Assembly: GCA_016180085.1 (NCBI GenBank)
Contig: JACPBX010000019.1
Location: 1-27,227 of the forward strand
DNA length: 27,227 nt
Reading direction: 5' to 3'
Source of the DNA: Candidatus Woesearchaeota archaeon
GTDB taxonomy: Archaea; Nanobdellota; Nanobdellia; Woesearchaeales; UBA10216
A program made the position numbers and the translations under genes. Below the pieces are notes generated by a model. The model did not search any database and was not told the origin of the DNA. It saw nothing but the letters and a program-made list of their open reading frames with translations. Shown piece by piece: positions 15,815 to 25,987 of this stretch; position 1 is the stretch's first letter; every line of letters begins with the position of its first letter.

Positions 15815-17530
15815 ATGCCGCACAGGAAAACGCCACGAAAGAGGAAGGTTTCGCAGCGGCACTTATCTCGTTCTGTTCAGTCATCGCAGCAGCTAATGCA
15901 AAAAACAGCAAAGGCAGCCAAGTGGATTATCACAACTGGCGGCGTTGTTTCCGGCATAGGCAAGGGCACAGCGACTGCTTCCATTGGCAAGCTCCTCTCT
16001 AGGAACTTCAAGGTTGTGTCAATAAAATGCGACGGCTACCTTAACGTTGACCCTGGAACTATGAACCCGTTCGAGCACGGTGAGGTCTTTGTGCTTGAGG
16101 ACGGTGGCGAGGTTGACATGGACTTCGGCCATTATGAGAGGTTCATGAACATAAACTGCAAGAAGGAGTGGAACCTCACAACCGGCAAGATTTTTGACTC
16201 TGTTATCCGGAAGGAACGCCAGGGGCTGTTTCTTGGCAAAACAGTGCAGGTTATACCGCACATAACCAATGAGATAAAGGCAAAGTGGATGGACATTGCC
16301 CAAACCGAGAGCGCTGATGTCGTTACGATTGAGATTGGCGGCACCATAGGCGACATAGAAAACTCATGGTTCATAGAAGCAGCCAGGCAGCTGAAGAAGG
16401 AGGTCGGCCACGAGAACATACTTTATGTCCACCTGAGCTATGTGCCGTTTGTCAGGAGCATAGGCCAGCAGAAGACAAAACCGGCACAGCGCGATGTTGA
16501 AACCCTGAGAGGGCTGGGCATAATTCCTGACATAATAATCGGCAGAAGCGAGGAAGAGCTGACAAAGGAGTCCAAGCAGAAAATCGCGCTGTTCTGCGAT
16601 GTTCCTGAAGAGGCTGTGATTTCAGGCAAGGACATCGAAACGATTTATGAAGTGCCGATAATGTTTGAGGAACAGGGGCTTCTGGCGCTGCTCGCAAAGC
16701 GCTTCAGCTTCACCCCGCAAAAGGACCTTGCAGAATGGAGAAAGCTGATTTTAAACATTAAATCTCCAAAGTACAGGGTTAAGGTCGCAATATGCGGCAA
16801 GTACACTGCCCTTAACGATTCCTATGCAAGCCTGATAGAGGCAATCAGGCATGCGGCTGCAAACCTTAACTGCGGCGTTGACATAACATTCGTCGAAACA
16901 ACGGAATTTGAGGAGGGGAAGCTGACTGTTGACTCTGCCCTGCACAGCACCGATGCCATTGTTGTGCCAATCGGGTTCGGCTCTCGCGGAGTGGAGGGCA
17001 AAATTGCTGCAATAAAGTACTCCAGGGAGAGAAACGTCCCGTTTCTGGGCCTTTGCTTTGGCCTCCAGTTGGCGGTTGTTGAGTTTGCAAGGAACGTTTG
17101 CGGCCTGAAGGATGCCAACACCACCGAAGTCAACCAAAAAACGTCTCATCCGGTTGTAATGATTCTTCCAGAGCAGAAGAAAGTGAAGGAGCTTGGCGGC
17201 ACAATGCGCTTGGGCGCAGAAACCGCCCAGCTCAAAAAAGGCACGATGGTTGCTAATCTATACAAGTCCAGCTTTGCTGTTGAAAGGCACAGGCACAGAT
17301 ATGAGGTAAATCCGAAATATCACAGCATCCTGGAAAGGAACGGCATGGTCATTTCCGGAAGCAGCCGCAACGGCAGGCTTGTGGAATTCATCGAACTCCC
17401 AAGTCATCCTTACTTCACAGCAACCCAGGCACATCCGGAATACAAGTCCAGGCTTGAAAAGCCTTCGCCCCTTTATTACGGTCTCATCAGGGCAGCGATT
17501 GAGAGAAAGTACAGGATTAAGGTGCAGTAA
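15815..17530 (+). CDS. pyrG: CTP synthase
   Basis: TGGVVSGIGKG, KCDGYLNVDPGTMNPFEHGEVFVLEDGGEVDMDFGHYERF, KTKPAQ, GLCFGLQ, ERHRHRYEVN, QAHPEY. TTTAAATA ~22 nt before ATG 15815; alternative ATG 15896. Confidence 0.98.
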   Translation: MPHRKTPRKRKVSQRHLSRSVQSSQQLMQKTAKAAKWIITTGGVVSGIGKGTATASIGKLLSRNFKVVSIKCDGYLNVDPGTMNPFEHGEVFVLEDGGEVDMDFGHYERFMNINCKKEWNLTTGKIFDSVIRKERQGLFLGKTVQVIPHITNEIKAKWMDIAQTESADVVTIEIGGTIGDIENSWFIEAARQLKKEVGHENILYVHLSYVPFVRSIGQQKTKPAQRDVETLRGLGIIPDIIIGRSEEELTKESKQKIALFCDVPEEAVISGKDIETIYEVPIMFEEQGLLALLAKRFSFTPQKDLAEWRKLILNIKSPKYRVKVAICGKYTALNDSYASLIEAIRHAAANLNCGVDITFVETTEFEEGKLTVDSALHSTDAIVVPIGFGSRGVEGKIAAIKYSRERNVPFLGLCFGLQLAVVEFARNVCGLKDANTTEVNQKTSHPVVMILPEQKKVKELGGTMRLGAETAQLKKGTMVANLYKSSFAVERHRHRYEVNPKYHSILERNGMVISGSSRNGRLVEFIELPSHPYFTATQAHPEYKSRLEKPSPLYYGLIRAAIERKYRIKVQ

Positions 17531-17531
17531 A

Positions 17532-17780
17532 ATGGCAAATGTAACGCTTCTTGCTGGCATAGCAGGAATGACGATAATTCTGATTCTATTCATCCTCAGC
17601 CAGATGAAAAAGCTTTCACAGGACAGCACGGCTTACGACGCTGCTAACGCTGTTGGAGCTTTTATGCTGGTTTACTACGCTTTTGCCCTGAAGGCATGGC
17701 CATTTCTGGTTTTAAATTCTGTGTGGGGCTTATTCTCATTGTACGAAGTGATCAAGGATGTATCAGTAAGAAAAAGGTAA
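17532..17780 (+). CDS. Small three-TM membrane protein (CBU_0592-like)
   Basis: MANVTLLAGIAGMTIILILF...YDAANAVGAFMLVYYAFALKAWPFLVLNSVWGLFSL. Starts 1 nt after the pyrG stop. Confidence 0.75.
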   Translation: MANVTLLAGIAGMTIILILFILSQMKKLSQDSTAYDAANAVGAFMLVYYAFALKAWPFLVLNSVWGLFSLYEVIKDVSVRKR

Positions 17781-17823
17781 GTTTCCGATAAATTTATTAA
17801 ACATCCGCTAATCCTTGCTTTTT

Positions 17824-18867
17824 ATGTCCGAAGAGCCACAACAGCCGCAGCAATCTCAGAGTTCTGACGCTTCTGTTGAAACCAAGCCACAGCACCACCA
17901 GCAGCCGCAAAAGAAGGACGGCGGAAGCGAAAAGTCCGCATCTAAGTCTGCATCTATCACATCATTAAAAGAATCGATAATCAACGTTTACGACACGCAG
18001 TACAAGAAGCTCCTCATAATACCGGCAGCGGTGATAATTGCGGCAGTTGTTATTCTCCTGCTGTCCTACTCGAGCACCGGCAGCTTCTTCAAGAAGGACA
18101 TCTCCCTCAGCGGGGGTGTAAGCATCTCCGCCATTACAGGCTTCAGCGATGACATTGCCCTTGAGGCAGAGCTTGCCCAGCAGTTCCCAGGCTTTGACAT
18201 TTCTGTAAGGAAGCTCACCCAGCTTGGAAGCAGCATAGGAATTGTTGTGGAAGCAGGCATGCAGTCAGACAGTGACATTGAGAGCCTGTCAGGATTTCTC
18301 AGTAGCAGGCTCGGCATTGCAAGGGACGACTTTACTGTGCAGAAGATTGGGGCTTCCCTGGGCGAGAGCTTTTTCAGGCAGCTCATCAACGGTTTGCTGG
18401 CAGCATTCGTTTTTATGGCTCTGGCCGTCTTTGTTTATTTCAAGATTATTGCAGGCCGGTGGGTGTGGCTTCCCGGGCTGTTTGTTGTGTGGACGGCAGT
18501 TGTTGATGGCCTGTGCACCCTGGCTATTGTTTCCCTGACAGGCATGCACCTTTCGGCAGCCGGCCTGGCTGCTTTCCTCATGCTCATAGGTTACTCTGTT
18601 GACACAGACATACTGCTCACCATGAGGGCCCTGAAAGGCTCAGAGCTGAAGGTTTCTGAGAGGATAAGGTCGGCTGTCAGGACAGGGGTCATGATGACCC
18701 TGACAGGGCTGTTTGCTGTAATGGCTGGTTATTTCTTTGCAGAGTCAGAGACTATAAAGCAGATAATGTTCATACTCAGCGTTGGCCTGGTCTTTGACCT
18801 GGTGCACACGTGGATAACCAATGCGGGCCTGCTGAGGTGGTATCTTGAAAAGCGCGGAATGGCATGA
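17824..18867 (+). CDS. secF: Protein translocase subunit SecF
   Basis: KDISLSGG, IGASLGESF, AAFLMLIGYSVDTDILLT, GLVFDLVHTWITNAGLLRWY. Directly upstream of secD. Confidence 0.93.
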   Translation: MSEEPQQPQQSQSSDASVETKPQHHQQPQKKDGGSEKSASKSASITSLKESIINVYDTQYKKLLIIPAAVIIAAVVILLLSYSSTGSFFKKDISLSGGVSISAITGFSDDIALEAELAQQFPGFDISVRKLTQLGSSIGIVVEAGMQSDSDIESLSGFLSSRLGIARDDFTVQKIGASLGESFFRQLINGLLAAFVFMALAVFVYFKIIAGRWVWLPGLFVVWTAVVDGLCTLAIVSLTGMHLSAAGLAAFLMLIGYSVDTDILLTMRALKGSELKVSERIRSAVRTGVMMTLTGLFAVMAGYFFAESETIKQIMFILSVGLVFDLVHTWITNAGLLRWYLEKRGMA

Positions 18868-18883
18868 TTAAACGTGACTAAAA

Positions 18884-20587
18884 ATGGCAGCGAGGAGCAA
18901 GCTTAGGAGGATAGTGACGAATCCCAGGGTTGTAATTGTAATCCTGGCAGTTCTCATATCGGTTTACTCAACAGGCATCCCATTCTCGCTCGGGAGGGAG
19001 GGGGTTGTTGTCAGGTCTATTGAAAAAGACAGCGCTGCTTACGATGCAGGCATTCGGAGCAGTGAAAGCGGCACTGGCCTGGCTTCGAAGGAAAGAATAA
19101 TAGCCATTGACGGCAATAAGATAAAGACCCTGATAGACTATGCCGGTGCTGTTTCCGAGCTGGAGATAAACCAGACCCTGCTTGTCGAGACAGACAAGGC
19201 ATTTTACAGGGTTGTGGTGAAGCCAGAGATTAACATCAGGGTATTGCCTGAACTGGAAGAAAAAACCGTGGTTGTCAATGCAACTACGAATGAAACGGCT
19301 AAGGTTCTTGTCAACAAAACCGTGGAGGAGATTCTGGGTGTTGACGATGACATAGGGTTGAGGGTTGCCAATGCCCCAAAAACAAACCTGCGCCTTGGCC
19401 TTGACCTCCAAGGAGGGGCAAGGGTAATGCTCAAGCCAGAGACAGAGCTGCCAAGGGAGGACCTTGAGCTTGTCATAGCCAACATGAACAGGAGGCTGAA
19501 CCTGTTTGGGCTGAGCGATGTTGTTGTGAGGGACGCATCTGACCTCTCAGGCAGCATGTTCATAATCGTTGAGGTTGCCGGAGCCAACGAGGAAGACGTG
19601 AGGCAGCTGATAGCCAGGCAGGGGAAGTTTGAAGCCAAGATAGCCAATGAGACTGTTTTCACAGGCAATGAAGTGACTGATGTGTGCAGGAGCGCGACCT
19701 GCTCAGGCATTGATTTCCAGTCAGGAGGGTGTTTCCAGGGTTCATCTTCTGAAACAGTTTGCAGGTTTTATTTTACAATCTCACTAAGCCAGGAGGCAGC
19801 TGCAAAGCAGGCGGCTGCAACAGGAAAGCTTGCTATTGTAGGCGATTACCTCAGCCAGCCTCTGCAGCTGTTCCTGGATGACGAGCTTGTTGACGAGCTT
19901 CAGATAGGCAAGGAGCTCAAGGGCAATGCTGTTACCGGAATCAGCATATCAGGCAGCGGCTCGGGCTCAGGCAGGAAGGCTGCAACAGCCAATGCCATAA
20001 ACAACATGAAAAGGCTCCAGACAATTCTAATTACCGGCTCATTGCCAGTCAAGCTTGAGATTGTCCGAACCGATTCCATCTCGCCAATACTTGGCGAGCA
20101 GTTCCTGAGAAACGCACTTAAAGTCGGGCTGATTGCAATCCTTTTTGTTGTCGGAATACTGCTGTTCGCTTACAGGAAGCTTCAGATTGCCATTCCTGTA
20201 ATGTGCACAAGTCTCCTTGAAATCTTTATAATGCTGGGCTTTGCCTCGCTCCTGCCTTTCCTGAGCTGGACCATTGACCTTGCAGCCATTGCAGGCATAA
20301 TAGCAGCTGTCGGAACAGGCGTTAACGACCAAATAATCATCACTGACGAAGCCCTGAAAGGCGAGCAGAGGAGGATATTCTCATGGAAGGAAAAGCTAAA
20401 GTCAGCGTTCGCGGTAATATTCGGAGCCTACCTGACGCTGGTTGTTGCAATGCTGCCACTGTTCGCGGTTGGCGCAGGAATGCTCAGGGGCTTTGCCCTC
20501 ACCACAATCATCGGCATGTCTGTAGGCGTTTTCATAACCAGGCCTGCATACGCAAAGGTTATTGAGATACTGATGGAAAGGGATTAG
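18884..20587 (+). CDS. secD: Protein translocase subunit SecD
   Basis: LRLGLDLQGG, GKFEAKI, GSLPVKL, ISPILG, IDLAAIAGIIAAVGTGVNDQIIITDE, GFALTTIIG...ITRPAY. Confidence 0.95.
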   Translation: MAARSKLRRIVTNPRVVIVILAVLISVYSTGIPFSLGREGVVVRSIEKDSAAYDAGIRSSESGTGLASKERIIAIDGNKIKTLIDYAGAVSELEINQTLLVETDKAFYRVVVKPEINIRVLPELEEKTVVVNATTNETAKVLVNKTVEEILGVDDDIGLRVANAPKTNLRLGLDLQGGARVMLKPETELPREDLELVIANMNRRLNLFGLSDVVVRDASDLSGSMFIIVEVAGANEEDVRQLIARQGKFEAKIANETVFTGNEVTDVCRSATCSGIDFQSGGCFQGSSSETVCRFYFTISLSQEAAAKQAAATGKLAIVGDYLSQPLQLFLDDELVDELQIGKELKGNAVTGISISGSGSGSGRKAATANAINNMKRLQTILITGSLPVKLEIVRTDSISPILGEQFLRNALKVGLIAILFVVGILLFAYRKLQIAIPVMCTSLLEIFIMLGFASLLPFLSWTIDLAAIAGIIAAVGTGVNDQIIITDEALKGEQRRIFSWKEKLKSAFAVIFGAYLTLVVAMLPLFAVGAGMLRGFALTTIIGMSVGVFITRPAYAKVIEILMERD

Positions 20588-21446
20588 GCGGTTTCCGGCA
20601 AATCAGCGAGGATGGCTGCCACCCGGTATTTGTTCCGTATAAATGTTGTAAGATAAGATAATTTGCGCCGTGCCGCATGCCGCTTAGAAGACTTTTGACT
20701 TCTTGGACTTTATGAGCACAATCCCCTATGACCATGAGGCCTTCAGGTTTGAGCATTTCATGCAGGTCATAGACTATTGATGTCCACATCTCATCTGCAT
20801 TGCACAGCACATTATTGCAAATCACCATTTCAAAGCTTGACGCTATCCGCTTCTGTAGCAGCGGTGCCGCATCATGGATAACAGTTATCCGGCTTTTTAC
20901 ATCTTGGCCAAGAGGAAGACGCCAGGCTGTGGTTGGTGTCAAAAGGCGCCGAGCTTCAGTTGGCGTCAAATACGAAAAGGCCCTACTGATTCCGAGACGT
21001 CTGCCTACGGCCCTAATTTCCTCTCCCGAGAACTGCCGCGTTTGAGGATTGGTTTCAATTAAGCGTGCCAGATACCGATTGTGCCACTCGGTTTGGGATA
21101 CTGAATCATTATCATCAGAGTGCAATATGAGATTCTGTTGTGATGCAACTGCATCACAGACCTGTTCGTTACTATCGATAACAGTCAAGCGCCACTCAAG
21201 CCCTGCCCTTTGCATTAGCAGGGCAACTTCGAAAGGCTCGAAAGTTTGGAGAACATCACCGAATCCCTCATAATTTCCGTCAAAGTATTTGGTTGCAAAA
21301 GGGAGGTTAAGTCCTGCGCCCACAACAAGGGCGCCATATTCACTGCCTCTTTGAGCACTCAGAATTTCCTCAAGGGCCAGAAATGCCCTCGCATGTCTAG
21401 CAAAGTGGGTTTTTGTACCATGAGTGTCTAAATTATCAGAGTTCAT
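20559..21446 (-). CDS. Putative class I SAM-dependent methyltransferase, CheR-like
   Basis: LVVGAG...EPFEVALL...LTVIDSNEQV...FEMVICNNVL...LHEMLKPEGLMVIG parallels the CheR motifs EPYSLAM, ATDID, FDLIFCRNVL, LKPGGYLFLG. Confidence 0.6.
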   Translation of the reverse strand: MNSDNLDTHGTKTHFARHARAFLALEEILSAQRGSEYGALVVGAGLNLPFATKYFDGNYEGFGDVLQTFEPFEVALLMQRAGLEWRLTVIDSNEQVCDAVASQQNLILHSDDNDSVSQTEWHNRYLARLIETNPQTRQFSGEEIRAVGRRLGISRAFSYLTPTEARRLLTPTTAWRLPLGQDVKSRITVIHDAAPLLQKRIASSFEMVICNNVLCNADEMWTSIVYDLHEMLKPEGLMVIGDCAHKVQEVKSLLSGMRHGANYLILQHLYGTNTGWQPSSLICRKPPNPFPSVSQ

Positions 21447-21525
21447 CTGACAAGGGAAATCAGGCTCCCAATTTATTGTTTTCTGTCAATAGCTTTAAAA
21501 ACCTGCATCGGCAGCAACCTCGGGC

Positions 21526-22092
21526 ATGATAATCACCATCTCAGGCGTTCCAGGCTCCGGCAAGAGCACCGTAGCTAGATTGGTTGCGAGGAAGCTCGGC
21601 TTCAGGCACCACTCCGCAGGAGATTTCATGAGGGAGATTGCTGAAAAAAGAGGGGTTTCCCTGCTTGAGCTGGGAAGAATCGCAGAGAAGGACCGCAGCA
21701 TAGACAAGGAACTTGACGAAAGGACAATAAGGCTTGGCAAGGAAGAAGACGACTTTGTCATGGACTCAAGGCTTGCCTACTATTTCATTCCGCAGTCGTT
21801 CAAGGTTTTCCTTATGGTTGACGAAATGGCAGCCGCGAAGAGGATTTTCAGCGATATCAAGGGCAAAAAAATGGGCAGAAAAGTGGAGAAGGAAAGCACA
21901 ACCCTCGCTGCAACACTAGCCAGCATCCGCAAGAGGAAAAAGTCAGAGCGGCAGCGCTACAGGAAGTACTACGGCCTCAACCCTTACGACACGAAGCAGT
22001 ACGACCTGGTCATTGACACTACCAGAACAGCGATTGAAGATGTTGTGGAAAAGGTTGTTGAAGCGGTGAAGAAAAGCTGCATGTCGTGCTAA
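21526..22092 (+). CDS. cmk: Archaeal cytidylate kinase
   Basis: IITISGVPGSGKSTVA, SAGDFMREIA, IDKELD, VMDSRLA, ERQRYRKYYG, YDLVIDT. Confidence 0.93.
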   Translation: MIITISGVPGSGKSTVARLVARKLGFRHHSAGDFMREIAEKRGVSLLELGRIAEKDRSIDKELDERTIRLGKEEDDFVMDSRLAYYFIPQSFKVFLMVDEMAAAKRIFSDIKGKKMGRKVEKESTTLAATLASIRKRKKSERQRYRKYYGLNPYDTKQYDLVIDTTRTAIEDVVEKVVEAVKKSCMSC

Positions 22093-22149
22093 CGCCTTTG
22101 TGAAAAAAAACAAGAACTTTTTTAAACCCTCCAAATTTTCGGATTCTTT

Positions 22150-22872
22150 ATGGAGACAATAAAGGAAAACGACTTTGTTGAGCTTGATTATACTGGCAAG
22201 GTTGCCGAGACAGGAGAGGTTTTTGACACAACTTCTGCGGAAGTTGCCAAGGAAAAGGGCATCTTTGACGAGCGCGCAGCATACGGGCCAGCGGTTGTGT
22301 GCATTGGGAAGAGGCACCTTCTTATCGGCCTGGACAAGCAGCTTGTCGGAAAGGAGGTTGGAAAGAGCTACACGTTTAAGCTTCCGGTTGAGGAGGCTTT
22401 CGGAAGGAAAAACGCCAAGCTTATGCAGCTTGTTCCAACAGCGAAGTTCAGACAGCAGCAGCTTACCCCTTTCCCGGGTATGCAGGTTAACATTGACGGC
22501 ATAGTCGGCACGGTAAGGACCGTTACTGGGGGGAGAACGATTGTTGACTTCAACCACCCACTGTCGGGAAGGGAGCTTGAATACGCTGCCAGTGTTAAAA
22601 GGATTGTTACAGATGTTTCTGAAAAAGTCAGGGCAATACTCAGGCTCATAGGAATAAGCGTTAATGCTGTTGGCGTTTCTGTAAGTGATGGCAGCGCAGC
22701 GATAGAATTTCCGCAGGAGGCTCCTGCGCAGCTGAAAAAGGACATAGAGGAAAAGCTGAAGTCTGCCATAACTGAGCTGAAGGCCGTTTCTTTTACAGTA
22801 AAAGCGCCTGCTGCTCCTGCGACTGCAGCAATGGCAGCAGAACCGGCAGAAAAGCAAAAGCCGCTGCAGTAA
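22150..22872 (+). CDS. FKBP-type peptidyl-prolyl isomerase, long archaeal form
   Basis: DFVELDYTGK...GEVFDTT, GLDKQL, EAFGRKN, GGRTIVDFNHPLSG, plus the C-terminal domain of long archaeal FKBPs. Confidence 0.92.
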   Translation: METIKENDFVELDYTGKVAETGEVFDTTSAEVAKEKGIFDERAAYGPAVVCIGKRHLLIGLDKQLVGKEVGKSYTFKLPVEEAFGRKNAKLMQLVPTAKFRQQQLTPFPGMQVNIDGIVGTVRTVTGGRTIVDFNHPLSGRELEYAASVKRIVTDVSEKVRAILRLIGISVNAVGVSVSDGSAAIEFPQEAPAQLKKDIEEKLKSAITELKAVSFTVKAPAAPATAAMAAEPAEKQKPLQ

Positions 22873-23035
22873 GCGAAGAAAACCGTAACGGCAAAACGCG
22901 GCCAATTTTCGTCACTAAATAAAACAAAATTATTTTTTCACAAATTTTTTCTGAACGACAAAATATAAATAGTAGTAAGGGGGTTGAAAGGCTGGGTTTT
23001 TACGCTTTTACGCGTTTGCGAGGAGGGGCTAGTTT

Positions 23036-24130
23036 ATGGGGAGCGTTATACTTTCGACAAAAGATACAATAAGGTCATTAAGCAAGACCAACACTGCCGA
23101 TGCCGAGCTTGAGCAGCTCCTTTCAAAGCATCGCGCAACAATAAAGGTTGTTGGCTGCGGAGGAGCAGGCAACAACACAGTAACGAGGATTTCTGAAGTG
23201 GGCGTTGTGGGTGCTGAAACGATAGCCATAAACACAGACGCCCAGGACCTGCTTTACACAACTGCTGACAGGAAGATCCTGATTGGCAAGGAGCTCACCC
23301 ACGGCTTCGGGGCAGGCTCTGACCCGAAGATTGGCGAGGAAGCTGCAAAGGAAACCGAGCACGAGATTAAGGAAACACTGACAGGCGCTGACATGGTGTT
23401 TGTCACGTGCGGCCTTGGCGGGGGAACGGGCACCGGCTCGGCTCCTGTGGTTGCGGACATCGCAAAAAAGCTGGGCTGCCTTGTTGTTGGGGTTGTAACG
23501 CTTCCGTTTTCCATGGAAGGGAACAGGAGGTATGACAATGCCATGGCAGGGCTTGAGAGGCTTGAGGAAATCACCGACACTTTGATTGTCATCCCGAACG
23601 ACAAGCTTCTTGAGCTTGCTCCGGACCTTCCGCTGCTAACAGCCTTCAAGGTTGCTGATGAGATACTCACAAATGCCGTCAAGGGCATAGCTGAGCTTGT
23701 CACAAAGCCCGGCCTGATCAACCTCGACTTTGCAGACATCAGGGCTGTTATGGGAGGCGGTGGGGTTGCCCTCATTGGGGTTGGCGAATCTGATTCGGAG
23801 AACAGGGCTGTTGAGGCTGTTGAGAAAGCCATTAACAACCCGCTGCTTGACGTTGACACTTCAGGCGCATCAGGGGCATTAATCAACATCTCAGGCGGCC
23901 CTGACATGACGCTTGAAGAGGCAAGGAAGGTTGTTGAGACCGTCAGCCAAAAGCTGGATGCCGATGCCAGAGTCATCTGGGGAGCCCAAATCTATGAGGA
24001 CCTTGCAAGGACTGTAAGGGCAATGCTGATAGTCACCGGTGTAAAGTCTGCCCAGATTCTGGGCGCCAAGAAGCTCGCTGTCCAGAAAAAAGAGATGGAA
24101 AACGAGCTCGGAATAGAGTTTGTGGACTGA
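23036..24130 (+). CDS. ftsZ: Cell division protein FtsZ (FtsZ1-type by synteny)
   Basis: [50 protein letters not shown]. Followed by secE-spt5-rpl11. Confidence 0.98.
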   Translation: MGSVILSTKDTIRSLSKTNTADAELEQLLSKHRATIKVVGCGGAGNNTVTRISEVGVVGAETIAINTDAQDLLYTTADRKILIGKELTHGFGAGSDPKIGEEAAKETEHEIKETLTGADMVFVTCGLGGGTGTGSAPVVADIAKKLGCLVVGVVTLPFSMEGNRRYDNAMAGLERLEEITDTLIVIPNDKLLELAPDLPLLTAFKVADEILTNAVKGIAELVTKPGLINLDFADIRAVMGGGGVALIGVGESDSENRAVEAVEKAINNPLLDVDTSGASGALINISGGPDMTLEEARKVVETVSQKLDADARVIWGAQIYEDLARTVRAMLIVTGVKSAQILGAKKLAVQKKEMENELGIEFVD

Positions 24131-24258
24131 GCAAAAACCGCAACCTTTAAAAAAGAGCCCTTACTCTTGTTCACATAGCGATTTTTAGATATGTTTTTTA
24201 AGTCAGGCGTTAAAAACGGCGTTAGTTAGAGTGTTAAAGAGGCATCACGAGGTAACAA

Positions 24259-24444
24259 ATGGTTATTGCAATTTTTACAAAATTAAAGAGTTTTGCAGGC
24301 GAGTGCAGAAGGGTTTTGACTGTGACGAAGAAGCCAACGAAAGCAGAGCTTATTACTGTTGTCAAGGTCTCTGGCATAGGCATTGCCCTGATAGGCTTAA
24401 TCGGCTTTGCCCTTAACATGATTAACAAAGTGATTTTCCAGTAA
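24259..24444 (+). CDS. secE: Protein translocase SecE / Sec61-gamma
   Basis: ECRRVLTVTKKPT..E...VVKVSGIGIALIGLIGF; position in the ftsZ-secE-spt5 cluster. Confidence 0.93.
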   Translation: MVIAIFTKLKSFAGECRRVLTVTKKPTKAELITVVKVSGIGIALIGLIGFALNMINKVIFQ

Positions 24445-24473
24445 TTTTTCAAGAAATGATTGGTTGATGCTGA

Positions 24474-25139
24474 ATGGCTGATGCTGCTGATGAAAATGCT
24501 GAAAAGCAGGATGATGAGCTGGACCTGAACATAGAGGAACAATCACCTGATGAGCTTCTTGAGGCATCGCTGAAAAAAGACCAGGAAGCGGCTGAAAAAG
24601 AGGCAACTGCCGAGAAAAAAGAAGAGGTTAAAGGGCAGAAAGAAGCTGAGACCGCAAGGTCTCCCATCTTTGCCCTCCGCACAACCGCAAATCGGGAAGA
24701 GCAGGTAATGGACTTCATAACCTCCAATGCAAAGAAGAAAAAGCTTGGCGTTTACTCCCTTATTCACCCTCATGGAATGAGGGGCTACATTTTTATGGAG
24801 GCAAAGGACAGGCAAGATGCTGAGCAGGCAGCCTTCAGGGTCCCTTATGCCAGGGGCCTCCTTGACAAGGAAGTCTCATATGAGGAGATTGAGCACATGC
24901 TCGAGCCGGGTAAAAAAGTTGAGGTCAACATCCAGAAGGGCGACATTGTTGAGATAATCAGCGGCGCTGCCTTCAAGCATTCACAGGCAAAGGTCACCAG
25001 AATTGACAAGACAAAGGAGGAAGTAGTTGTTGAGCTTCTCGAGTCAGCCGTCCCAATCCCGATTACCCTGAAGCTGGATGCTGTAAAGGTAATAAGGAGG
25101 GAATCAGAGGAAGGCGAGGCAGCCCATCAGGAGGAGTGA
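24474..25139 (+). CDS. spt5: Transcription elongation factor Spt5 (NusG) with an acidic N-terminal extension
   Basis: NGN domain (IFALRTTANREEQV...MRGYIFME) and KOW (GDIVEIISG...AKVTRIDKTKEEVVVEL...PIPITL). Confidence 0.95.
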   Translation: MADAADENAEKQDDELDLNIEEQSPDELLEASLKKDQEAAEKEATAEKKEEVKGQKEAETARSPIFALRTTANREEQVMDFITSNAKKKKLGVYSLIHPHGMRGYIFMEAKDRQDAEQAAFRVPYARGLLDKEVSYEEIEHMLEPGKKVEVNIQKGDIVEIISGAAFKHSQAKVTRIDKTKEEVVVELLESAVPIPITLKLDAVKVIRRESEEGEAAHQEE

Positions 25140-25189
25140 GCCCACACCCATAGAAAGCTATTTAAAGAGCCTGCCTGTCCCAAATTCTC

Positions 25190-25987
25190 ATGCCAACCCA
25201 GACAGTAGAAGCGCTTGTTGAAGGCGGAAAAGCATCTGCAGCCCCGCCGCTTGGACCAGCACTTGGCCCGTTGGGTGTTAATGTAGGCCAAGTTGTTTCT
25301 GAGATAAACAAAAAGACAACTCTGTTTGCGGGAATGCAGGTCCCGGTAAAGGTTTCTGTTGACACTTCCACTAAGGCTTTCACCGTAGCCATAGGCACTC
25401 CCCCTTCCAGTGCGCTTGTCAAAAAGGAAGCGGGCATAGAGAAGGGCTCAAGCAACCCTCTGATGGACAAAGTGGCTGATTTAAGGATAGAGCAGATAAT
25501 CAAAATCGCCAAAATGAAGGAGTCACAGCTTCTTGGCAAGGGGCTGAAGTCAAAAGTCAAGGAAGTCATCGGAACGTGCAACTCCATGGGAATACTGGTT
25601 GAGGGAAGGCCTGCTTTTGAAGTCATTAAAATGATTGACCAGGGCAACTTCACTGAGGAAATAACCCAAGAGAAGACAGAGCTTACAGCAGCCGAGCTCA
25701 AGGAGCTTGAAGAGGAGAGGAAGAAGCTCGCTGAGGAAATCGAAAAGAGAAGGGGCGAATTCCTTGCCAAGGCCAAGCTCATTATTGACTCTATGGCAGG
25801 AAAGGCTCGTGGCGAAATAAAGGCAAAGCTTGTTGAGGCAGCCATACCAACCAAGATTATTGAGGAACTCCTCCCTGTAACAGCAGCAGCCGGAGCAGCT
25901 GGTGCCCCTGCTGAGGCAGGAAAGGCCGCTGCGCAGCCTGGCGCGGCACAACCGGCAGCTGCAGCAAAGAAGGAAGAAAAGAAATAA
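25190..25987 (+). CDS. rpl11: 50S ribosomal protein L11 (uL11) with a long C-terminal extension
   Basis: VEGGKASAAPPLGPALGPLGVN, GMQVPVKV, GTPPSSALVKKE, EVIGTCNSMGI. 265 aa, against roughly 160 for typical archaeal L11. Confidence 0.95.
   Translation: MPTQTVEALVEGGKASAAPPLGPALGPLGVNVGQVVSEINKKTTLFAGMQVPVKVSVDTSTKAFTVAIGTPPSSALVKKEAGIEKGSSNPLMDKVADLRIEQIIKIAKMKESQLLGKGLKSKVKEVIGTCNSMGILVEGRPAFEVIKMIDQGNFTEEITQEKTELTAAELKELEEERKKLAEEIEKRRGEFLAKAKLIIDSMAGKARGEIKAKLVEAAIPTKIIEELLPVTAAAGAAGAPAEAGKAAAQPGAAQPAAAAKKEEKK

Noticed and set aside
21943-22905. 320-aa minus-strand ORF
   Set aside because: Antisense shadow of the FKBP and cmk genes; Cys/Arg-rich, with no recognisable motifs.
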